DNA from: Octopus vulgaris
Lineage: Eukaryota
Assembly: GCA_951406725.2 (NCBI GenBank)
Contig: OX597818.1
Location: 26,474,001-26,538,000 of the forward strand
DNA: 64,000 nucleotides
Reading direction: 5' to 3'
The position numbers were made by a program, and so were the translations under genes. The notes under the pieces were generated by a model, which was not told the DNA's origin, ran no database searches, and saw only the letters and a list, made by a program, of their open reading frames with translations. Below, in pieces: positions 54,424 through 64,000 of the stretch (position 1 is the first letter of the stretch; every line of letters begins with the position of its first letter).

Positions 54424-54701
54424 TGTTGTATGATTGTAATTTTTGAAAGCAGATGGCATTTTCATAACAGTATAGCTGTAATTTATTCCATTGATATTGT
54501 AAATTGCCAAAATAGCATAGATGCACTTCATGCAAATCTTGAAGCTCACATTAAACCACAAGAAAGATGAAATCATAAATGTATATATTTAACCTAAAAT
54601 TTGTAATCAAGAAAGAGATACCCAACTTTTCCATATCGCTTCTGTCTCAAAATGAAGTTTTAATTTTGTAAACAATTATAATTAGTGATGTTGACTTAAT
54701 C

Positions 54702-54918
54702 TAAGGCAGCAAGCTGGCAGAAACATTAGCACACCAGGTGAAATGCTTAGCAGTATTTTGTCTGTCTTTACGTTCTGAACTCAAATTCCGCTGAGGTTGA
54801 CTTTGCCTTTCATCCTTTTGGGGGTCAATAAATTAAGTACCAGTTGCGTACTGGGGTCAATCTAATCAACTGGCCCCTCCCTCCAAATTTCAGGCCTTGT
54901 ACCTAGAGCAGAAAAGAA
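54702..54918 (+). mobile_element. Family B SINE, full length, with apparent TSD
   Basis: Flanked by ATGTTGACTTAATCT on both sides (~54688 and ~54918). Confidence 0.9.
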
Positions 54919-55164
54919 TGTTGACTTAATCTGTTGCATGGTTTAACACCACAAGGACCTTGGTGCCATTAGCAGATTCCACTGTTGAAAGCATTCAGGC
55001 AAGTCTTTCCATTTGAAGTTTAACTTCCTTTCTAACTCCCACCAATCTCAGGAGCCTTGAAGGTTTGACTAAGCCATTAAAACGAAAAATTTAGTATTTT
55101 CAGTAAGTGTTGACTGGCTGTTACTGTTCCCACCACATCTAAGGCATATTTTCACAAGTTGTGG

Positions 55165-55315
55165 TTGTTGTTGTTTAGCCCCAGGTCAGCTCTGATCAAG
55201 CATGCTGATCAAAGGTAATCAAACCATGGCCCTACTGCCCTTTCTTTCAGACTATATTATCCAATGTGTTTGTTTTTAAGACCATAGAGCATGGTTCAAG
55301 TGTGATTTAATTACT
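55165..55315 (-). mobile_element. Dispersed repeat family E (ends ...GGGGCTAAACAACAAC on its sense strand)
   Basis: Related diverged copies at ~28190-28360, 32705-32790, 36810-36995, 42805-42985 and 61610-61810. Confidence 0.55.
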
Positions 55316-55445
55316 TTTTCTTATTTAACCTTCCTACAAATATATGTGTGTACATACATTCATTAATTCCTTTTTTGCATGCTTAAAATTTATTAGTTAT
55401 ACCTATGTGATATGGATACTTGATGTTTTTATATTTTTTGATACA

Positions 55446-55547
55446 AACTAATCTTCATCTTTTGTTTCTTTTTTTTCTATTTCTCATAGGTAAGTGTTCC
55501 AGAAGGATCTACCTGAAATTTAAAAATCTATGTTGTTAACTGTAAGT
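55446..55547 (+). promoter_or_regulatory. Candidate recursive splice site (ratchet point) with 52-nt cryptic exon
   Basis: ACTAAT branch-like motif (~55447-55452), ~30-nt pyrimidine tract, TAG|GTAAGT at 55489/55490 and a downstream GTAAGT at 55542-55547. Confidence 0.6.
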
Positions 55548-56104
55548 AGAAGAAATATTATGAATTACAAGAAACGTGAAAAGCTAAGATATTTTATCTA
55601 TTTACACAAAAGAAATATGATTGTTAGAGCAAAAGTGTAACACACTGGAGTACTGGACAGAAAAGTCATCCAATCAAACTCCTGGCTTTACTTATCCAGT
55701 AGATGAGCTGAAAATTGAAACTATTCTAGTTTTTAAGTGGTTAATATTAGAACAATCTAAGTCCTGCTGTAACAATTCAAATTCAAATATCCAAATTTTA
55801 AAATCATTTCTTCCACTTCAACATAAAAGAAAATGTGATGCTGTACCTATATAGGGTTTCTGAATCCTTTCTAATATAAAGTGTCATAAGTGCTTTAACA
55901 GAAAAGTGTCTGCTGGTCTAAGAGAGGGTGTATCACTATTACATTTCTAAAGTATTGTGACTATTGTTGGAGTGAACTGGTTATGTAAATAAATTTGATT
56001 GATGGAAATGTGCAGAAGCCTGTCGCACATACACATAGATTTACACATACATACACACAGACATTTTTATACATACATATAGACATGTGCGCACACATGT
56101 ATAT

Positions 56105-56545
56105 ATGGCTGTGTGATTAAGAACTTTGCTTCCTAACCACATGGTTTTGGGCAAGTGTTTTCTAATATGGCCTCAGGCTGACCAAAGCCTCGTGAGTGAA
56201 TCTGGTGGATGGAAAGTGAAAGAAACTCATCGTGTGTGTGTGTGTGTGCACTTCTGTGTGTGTGTGTGCCTGTGTGTATGTGTCTGTGTGTGTGTTTGTG
56301 CACGTGTTTATATGTATATGTATAGGCATGTGCATGTATATATCCATGCCTATGTTTATGTTTATATTTGTAAAGCAAGTGTTGTACCCTCCCTTCGATA
56401 AAAAGTGTGACTTAATTATTTGAAATATATAGATCAGTAAATTAATCAACACACTGCATTACAGACTACGATTGATATGATTGACTAAAATTCTTGAAGG
56501 CTATGTCCCATCTTAGCTACTGTTCTATCGGTTTAAACTAGTAAC
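56105..56545 (+). mobile_element. Family A SINE, diverged
   Basis: Head at 56105-56232, then (TG)n and an eroded tail. Confidence 0.65.
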
Positions 56546-56709
56546 AACAAAAGAATAGTATAGACTAGCAGTCTATCCAGATAGAAATTCCTCTCTTATC
56601 TGTTTCACAGAATATCCAGAGTTTTGAGAAGAAAAAAAAAGAGTAAAAATATATAATTATGCTGTGAAGAAGAATCAAAGAAGTCAACATTTTGTACATT
56701 GTTCCTTTG

Positions 56710-57000
56710 TTAAGAACCCATTTTTTTTTTCTTTTGGTTTCTCTGGAATCAATCTTAAGTACAATATACCATACTTTACAAACTATAATTAGCAAAAATC
56801 CACTTGAGTTATGGTTATGGCCAAAATTAAGAGCAATTGGGATCAGTCAATTTTGAAGTTGTATCCAAAGTTTGTTACAGATATAAGTTGGCAATACAAT
56901 TTCAATACACTTATAAACACTAAATTTATGCTTATGTTGAGTTGATACATAAACAAAAATATTCAAGAGGTTACCTTTCTAAGTATTTATCTGGCTTAGG
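56710..57000 (+). repeat. ~290 bp direct repeat, copy 2
   Basis: Near-identical to 54130-54423. Confidence 0.95.
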
Positions 57001-57439
57001 AAAAAATAAAAATAAAAAGGAAAAGTGGTTTTGTTTATAATGAATGAAAAAAAAAAACCCACAAAAACCTTAAATGTATAAAGCAAGAAATGTGAAGAAT
57101 GTTGTCTTAGAGATTAAAGTTAGAGTGGAAGGAGATAGTGGAAAAAAGCATAGATTAGTGAGGATAAGTTTAAGGAAGAGTGAGATTATGTTATGCATGT
57201 GTGAACAAGTATATAGGGTGGGGGTACATTGTGTGATTGTGTGTTGGTGCATGTATTCTGGAAATGAGGTGAATGTAGTGTCCTGCTGTGTAGACAAAGC
57301 GTAATATAACAAATACCTCAAACAACACTGGTATAACAAAGCGTAATAGTATGTGTTCATAGTTGACGGGTAGTGTGTGGAAATGCAGTGGTTTGTACAG
57401 CTCAGAAGGGCATTTATTAGAGTATGGGGATGTTAAGAA

Positions 57440-58870
57440 AGAAAATAATGTTGTTAAAGAAGGCAATGTTGGCTATGTTTAGCCAGAAATTTTATTGTGG
57501 TTCATGAAGCATACAAAAGAGACAGAAGATCTGCAATGTACAACAATATTGCAGATGTTGAAATACTGGTAGGTGTGGCCAAGAGAATTGAAGTGACAGC
57601 CTATAGGTCAGAATTATTTGATGTTATTGCATCAAATAATCAATAGTGTTCCATAAAATTATCTTCCAGCTACCAACAGGTTTCTTCAGTATATAAGTCA
57701 CATAGTTAGCATTTTATGTTATTAATGAGGTTCTTGGAAGTATAGGCAAAGCAGTCAATTACTTAGAAGGGTAAGTTAGGTTCACATTGGGTGGTTATTA
57801 TTCTAAACAATGGGACAGGTGTTGCAATGGAAGTAGGAAAAGGCATCCAAGTTTGGTGTGGCAAGGACTGAAGCAATTATAGACTTGAAGGTCACACAAG
57901 TAACTGTTGCTTCTGAAGGAAAGGGATGGTTATTAGGGAAGATGGGAGTGATGGTAGTCTAGATTGGTCTAGATTTCTGTATGAAAATATGCTGAAATAA
58001 GGTTACAGGGTGGTGGTTGAAGGCAAAAGGAAAACTGTTGGTGGTATGGTAGACACAAAGCTGGAGGACAGAGGTACAGCCAATAGCATAGATACCACAA
58101 CAGGCACCCTCATTGTTTGGGTGGGAGTAACCACTTCATATGATGGTATGTATTGTGTCATAGCTTCAGACATGGAGAGTGTGCAGGAATAGTATGTAGT
58201 GGCGTCAATAGAAAAGGAGATGTCCAGGATGTTAACAGAGGTGATGGATATGGTGAATGTTGTATCTAAGGCTGAGTGAAAGGAGTTGATGAAAAAGATG
58301 GAGTTGAGTTTTTCATCAATGACAGAGCTATGACTATATACCTTTAAAGTGGGTCCATCAAAAAGTGTGAAGATTTGAGCCTCAATAGGACCAACAAACT
58401 GATTGACACAGCTGGGGGTCTATCCTAATTTTTATGGTTACTCTAGTGACCTGCTGGTAGAAGTTATCAATTAAGAAGTTGTTGGTGGTGAAGATAAGAT
58501 AAGCAGGACAAAGGGAAATAGAGGTATTAATCGAAAATTTAGTGTGACAATTAAGAAAATATTTTAGGCCTCAGAGAGCATCACTGTGGAGGACAATAGT
58601 ACAGAAGGACTTCATATTCATGGTGAAAATAATCTGGGAGGGGCCTGCAAGAAAGAAAGAGAATTTGAAGAGAAAAAGAATATGGTTAATGTCATGGATG
58701 TGTGATGGAAGGGCTGCAAACTAATGATGAGAAGTGTTGTTTGAGGTATTTGGAAATGAGTTCGACAGGGTAGTTACAGATGGAAACACTGGGGGTACTC
58801 AGGTCCTTCTTATGGATGTTGGGGAAGAAGTAGATGGTGTATTGTTTTGTGTTGTGTATAGCAGCAAACC
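57440..58870 (-). mobile_element. Second, highly decayed Penelope-like element (different family)
   Basis: FTMNMKSFCTIVLHSDAL (like FTMDVKSLYT.IPH), FYQQVTRVT... (like YQQ..GVAMG), VNILDISFS (like FLD), and TSKNLINNIKC*LCDLYTEET...LEDNFMEH (like the GIY-YIG NLIY.I.C..C..YIGET...RF.EH). Confidence 0.7.
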
Positions 58871-58943
58871 AAAGCTCTGTATACTAACTATATGGATCCT
58901 TATTGTTCAGAATATAATTATCTTGTTTCTTATGGTAACTTAA

Positions 58944-59164
58944 CCCTTTTGTTACCAACCCGGCTGAAACCGGCTCTAGCTCTGTTGTACAAATGTCTTA
59001 TTTCCATAAGTTTTAAATTAAAATCTTCCACCAAACCTTAGTCACAATTTATGTTCCTAATACAAGCTGAATGGTAACTAAGTTATTTTACTAAATTCTT
59101 TGTTATATTTAAAATAATTGAAAGAAACATAGAACATCTCAAAATAAATACAGTAACGAAAGGG
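58944..59164. mobile_element. piggyBac-type MITE (family M2)
   Basis: TTAA|CCCTTTTGTTAC...GTAACGAAAGGG|TTAA. Confidence 0.9.
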
Positions 59165-59959
59165 TTAAATGCCAAATTTTTTAAGCTTGTAACTCTTTGT
59201 ATTGTGTAAAGTAGTTCACACTTGACAAATATTTTCAAACAGAAATGAAATAAAAGCAACTTTAAAAATTGTGTCATGAAAATGTAAAAAGCATGATAAC
59301 ATGATTTGGCAAATTTCCAGAATATTTTGTATTGTGATTGTATGGAAAAAGTTCAAATTCACCATTTCAGTAGTTTATATGTGATCTAAATTTTTAACAA
59401 CACTGGCCATAAAGTGGCCATGAGTGATGTGTTAAAATAAACCTGTTCTCTGAATGTTCTCACGCCATCCCATCCCTATTTTCAGATTTCATTTCCTTTG
59501 GTTTTCCACATTTTATTTTCTTCCTTGAATACTATAAATAAATAATATGTACATTTCTTCTTTCTTAGATTTACACCTTTCGTAACATTATCTTCATAAA
59601 TTTGCAGTATTAGCGATCATCATTCAATATCCTAAACCAAATATTACATTACATTAACACTAAGCTAATTTCTAGTTGTCCAGGGAAGCCATTTCATCCC
59701 TTAATCTTTCCTGGATTAAGCTATAAAGAATCACTATCATTATCATCGTTATCATCATCATCATTGTAGGTGTTAAGCTTCCATTAAGATTGGTGGGCAA
59801 TTCAGTATAGTTTCTCAATGGTACTTGATAGCTTTGTTGTTTCTCTTGTTAAAGGCGTAAATGTCACAATTATAAATTTCTTTATCTCTACAGACATGAA
59901 GATTTGTATCTATGCGAGAAATTATTGTTAATGTTGTTAGCAGTATAAACTTAGATTTC

Positions 59960-60640
59960 AGGTGAAGTTATTGCAAATTCTGCCATGGTTGTCCTTGCTT
60001 TCATCCTTCCTTGGTTGATAAACTGAGTACCAGTCAAATACTGAGATCAATATAATTGACTTTACCCTTTCTTTAAATTTATATCCAAAAACCAAACTTA
60101 GAAATAATGATTCTTTCTACTAAAGGCACAAGGCCTGAAATCTTGAGGGGAAGTGGCTAGTTGATTACATTGACCCCAGTACTCACCTAGTACTTCTTTC
60201 ATTGACCCTGAAAAGGTAAAAGGCAAAGTTAACCTCAGCAGGATCTCAACTCAGAATGTAAAGATGGATGAAATGTCGCTAAGTATTTTGTCTGACATGC
60301 TAACGATTCTTATCTCTTTACTACCTACAAGGGGCTAAACACAGAGAGGACAAACAAAGACAGACAAATGGATTAAGTCGATTATATCGACCCCAGTGCG
60401 TAACTGGTACTTATTTAATCAATCCCAGTGCATAACTGGTACTTATTTAATCGATCCCAGTGCGTAACTGGTACTTATTTAATCAATCCCAGTGCGTAAC
60501 TGGTACTTATTTAATTGACCCCGAAAGGATGAAAGGCAAAGTTGACCTCGGTGGAATTTGAACTCAGAACGTAGCGGCAGACGAAATACCACTAAGCATT
60601 TCGCCCGGCATGCTAATGTTTCTACCAGCTCGCCGCCTTC
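59960..60640. mobile_element. Cluster of three family B SINEs (one +, two -)
   Basis: ~59960-60100 (+), 60110-60310 (-) and 60320-60640 (-, young, different tail). Confidence 0.8.
60389..60516. repeat. 4 x 32 bp tandem repeat inside a SINE
   Basis: Unit (G/A)ATCCCAGTGCGTAACTGGTACTTATTTAATC, contiguous, with no spacers. Confidence 0.95.
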
Positions 60641-61339
60641 AAACTTAGAAATAACAATAATAATAATAAATAATAGGCCATGTGTATCTTGACTTTTTTA
60701 AAAATTGGTACACCATATCCTTGCATGATTTAAGAAGCTACTAAAAGTATAGGCACCAAGAAGGGTCATAAAACACTGGTGGTGGCAGTGGTGGTGAATT
60801 ATTTATAATTTTGGCATAGGACCATGTATTTGTGGAGGGGAAAATTAGTAATTTAATCAACCTTAGCACATTACTGGTACTGATGAAAGTAATATTGATG
60901 ATAGAAAGATTAGAATTTAGAACATAAAGTAGTGAAGCAAAACATTACATTTCTTCTTGTATAAAATAACAGTAACAAAGCATGTTTTTGATAGTTGTTT
61001 TAACTTTTTACATTCTGAGTTAATTTCATTGGCCTCAGTTTTTGGGGATTGGTAAAATACTTTGGTATTTTATCAACCCCAAATACTACTCAAATCCTGG
61101 GGTTGATGGTATTGACTACTTCCCAAAGTTAATCTGGATTCTGAAAGCAAAGAACCAGAATAAATACTGCAAATGTATTTTGTTCAATGATTATACCGAT
61201 CCACTGCTCAAGATGCCATGCAATGGGATCTAACTCAGGATAAAATTTTATATGATCACTTTCAAAATAAAAACTTGCATTTCAAACCATGTTCAACCTC
61301 TACAAAAAACACTGTATTTTGAATTAATTAATATAATAG

Positions 61340-61525
61340 GCAGTTTGGGAAAGGTTATGTTGATTACATTGACCCCAGTGTTCAGTTGGTACTTATTTTA
61401 TCAAACCTGGAAGGATGGAAGGCAAAGCCAACCTCAGCAGAATTTGAACTCAGAATGTAAAGACAGACAAAATGTCGCAAAGCATTTTGTCTAACATGCT
61501 AGCAATTTTGCCAGCATGCCTCCTT
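61340..61525 (-). mobile_element. Family B SINE
   Basis: Reverse complement of the family consensus. Confidence 0.8.
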
Positions 61526-62138
61526 AAATATGATAGTCAGTTAATTGCTATAGTCATTTGTAATTCTCTGCAACACTTTGTGGTGTATGCTTGTAGCATT
61601 TCTTTTCTGTGGTTTGTTTTTTGATTCAGGTCAACTTTAACCAAGCAAGCCTATGATCAAAAGTCTTTTGGTCATGACTATCCTATCTTTTCTTTTAACT
61701 ACATGGAATTTAGGACTATATTGTCCTCATTGTCCTATTTTTAAGATTATAGAGTAGTGTTTGAAGGAGATTTGGCTGCTTTTTATTGTAGGTTGAGGGA
61801 CCACATAGAGGCTTTATTCTAGTCAAAGCTTTTCTGTGGGTATTTCATAGTGCTGCCATAATTTTCAATGTATCAGAGTTCAAATTTGTCATACCTTTAT
61901 ATATACATATACAAACATATATATTTATGTACATACATATATATACATATACAAACATATATATTTATGTACATACATATATATATATATATATATACAT
62001 ACACACACATACATATGTATAATTGAAATTCATTTGAATTAGGTACTTAAGTTGAAGCACCAAATCAGTGCGGTATTATCCATACAACTCAAAGTAAGGT
62101 GAACAAAATCAAAATAAGCAACAGGATATCAAGAGGTG

Positions 62139-62226
62139 ATGCAGTACAATCATTTCAAGTGGCTTTATTTAATTGGACGACGCAATCATTACATCAGTTT
62201 AAATGCAGGGCTATCCTCAGCTGCAT
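62139..62226 (-). ncRNA. Type I hammerhead ribozyme motif in a short repeat (~62020-62250)
   Basis: Minus strand reads ATGCAG-CTGAGGA-[extended, imperfect stem II with ATTTAA/TTAAAT]-GAAA-TGATT-GTA-CTGCAT. Stem I is a perfect 6 bp and the CUGANGA and GAAA boxes are intact. Confidence 0.7.
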
Positions 62227-63247
62227 AAATAAATAGATAAATAGAATTTTTAACCAGTTGGACACAATAATATAATTTTACTTACATACTCTAATAGAGC
62301 AAGAAGATGGAAAGAAACCATGTTGCCACTTATGTAGCTAAGAATACACTACACTTCCATGAAATGTATGAAGTTTGTTGTGGTCATAGCTTGTAAAGGG
62401 TTGTGGTTCATTTTTAATTTATTTGATGCTTCATTGTGATTAAATTGATACCTTGCTATTTTGCATTCTAATTATACTGGAGTGAATGTTCTTGTTCTTG
62501 TAGATATGATAAGGACTCAAAGCTGATTAAAATGGTGGTACAACAGTCTAAATCTTGCATCAAAAGGGACAATCACAAAAAAAAAAAAAGATATCTTCAT
62601 CATATATGTGTAAGATTTAAAATCACATCTAGCTAGTGAATTTAGAAATAGCCAAGGCACCTATGTATTATGGCACGGTATTAATGAATTGTTGTGAAAG
62701 AGTACAGGCTAAACTAAATCTCATATATAATATTGCAAACTAAGTGTATCTATATATATATGTAAAACTCTAAGCAACCTTTTAGATCAGTCTAAAATGA
62801 TAGTAAAATTTTAGAAATTCCAATTTTGATACATTTTAAAATTATTACTTTTATTTCTATTTTGAACACCATATTTGCTCAAACCCCACAGCTGTTTCTC
62901 TAAAGCCCTTGTTCACTACAATTACAATCTCTCCTTTTTCTTCCTTCTACCTTTAAACTTTGATTCTCTTTGTCAGTTCTACTTAACTCCCTAATTCATG
63001 CTGATTTTTACTGCCATGACAATATTATTATAACAACATAAAAGGAAGGGAGCAAAAATTGCTCATGTTTGGTAAGGAGAATATATTTATGTATTTCCAC
63101 ATTTCATAACTTTTGATTTTAAAAATGTTTAAAAATTATCATGTGTTCTGAAGTTGTTTCACTATTTATTTTGATATTAGAAAAGGACACATTAGATACT
63201 GTACTTCCATATATACAAAAAGATGAGATAATATATCACACAAACTA

Positions 63248-63462
63248 CGGCATTGAGCTGGCAAAATTGTTAGCACTATAGGCAAAATGTATAGCAGTAA
63301 TTTCATCCATCTTTACATTCTCAATTCAAATTCCACCAAGGTTGACATTACCTTTCATTCTTTTGAGGTACACAAAATAAGTACCAGCCAAATATTAGGG
63401 TCGATGTAATCGACAGATCCCCTCCCATGAAATTTCTGGCCTTGTGCCAAAATTTGAAACCA
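63248..63462 (+). mobile_element. Family B SINE
   Basis: GAGCTGGCAAAATTGTTAGCA...CCTTTCATTCTTTTGAGGT...GGCCTTGTGCCAAAATTTGAAACC. Confidence 0.8.
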
Positions 63463-63559
63463 ATATATTGCATAAACTAAGAAAATATTTCCTGAGGCTG
63501 ATATTTCTCACAGTAATTTATAGCAATTTTAATGAAATGTAATTGGCTGGAAATTATGA

Positions 63560-63920
63560 ATAATCTAAAATTATGCCTCGAGGTTAGAATTCTTTGTGTC
63601 TAAATTTATTGTATTACTCTTGGTATGGTAAACCCCATTATTAGAATGTATCTTCATTGTATCTTTTCTGAAAGTATTTCCATGGTCATGGCTCAAGCCT
63701 GGTGTTTTCTGTTAAGTCTTTTAAACACATCACCTACTTCTCATCCTACATCTTTAATTTCTCTAATCAGCTTTCTGTTAGTCATAAATCCTTTTATTCT
63801 AATCGTTTCTTTCCTTGAACTGCTGCTCTCTGAAACTCACTATCATCATCTTGTTTCCCTCTGGTCTATGATGTTCTGTTTTTTAAGCTTTCTGCCAATT
63901 GACATCTTTTGAATTTGCAG
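63560..63920 (-). mobile_element. Possible LINE apurinic-endonuclease remnant
   Basis: Weak similarity only: ETIRIKGFMTNRKLIREIK..G.EVG resembles the 'I.GY...RKDR...GGGV' pattern. Confidence 0.3.
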
Positions 63921-64000
63921 GCTTCTTCTTTTGTTTATTTGTAGTCCCTTACACTTCACTGACCTTGGGCCTTGTTTGAAATAAAATCACATAAAAAAAA

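Noticed and set aside
54130-57000. LTR retrotransposon bounded by the 290 bp repeats
   Set aside because: No TG...CA termini, PBS, TSD or gag/pol remnants.
60389-60516. CRISPR-like 32-bp repeats
   Set aside because: The units are contiguous with no spacers, lie inside a SINE, and there are no cas genes in this eukaryotic context.

Overview
AT-rich, microsatellite- and SINE-dense eukaryotic DNA. The repeat complement (tRNA/CORE-type SINEs, Nin-domain SINEs, RTE-tailed (GAT)n repeats) points to a coleoid cephalopod, probably Octopus; this is inferred, not database-confirmed. I found no intact protein-coding gene. The recognisable ORF fragments belong to decayed transposons: two Penelope-like elements, CR1-like, RTE and R4/Dong LINEs, mariner, hAT, a Helitron and piggyBac-type MITEs. 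A CpG-retaining, repeat-free stretch at about 7.9-10.3 kb looks like a promoter, and the rest reads like long intron. Two signals stand out. (1) A strong candidate recursive-splice site at 55489/55490 on the + strand: branch point, polypyrimidine tract, AG|GTAAGT and a second GTAAGT 52 nt downstream. (2) Seven hammerhead-ribozyme-like motifs of the Penelope minimal type, all on the minus strand, one with a compensatory G3-C8 core swap. Coordinates of decayed elements are approximate, and all comparisons were made by eye.
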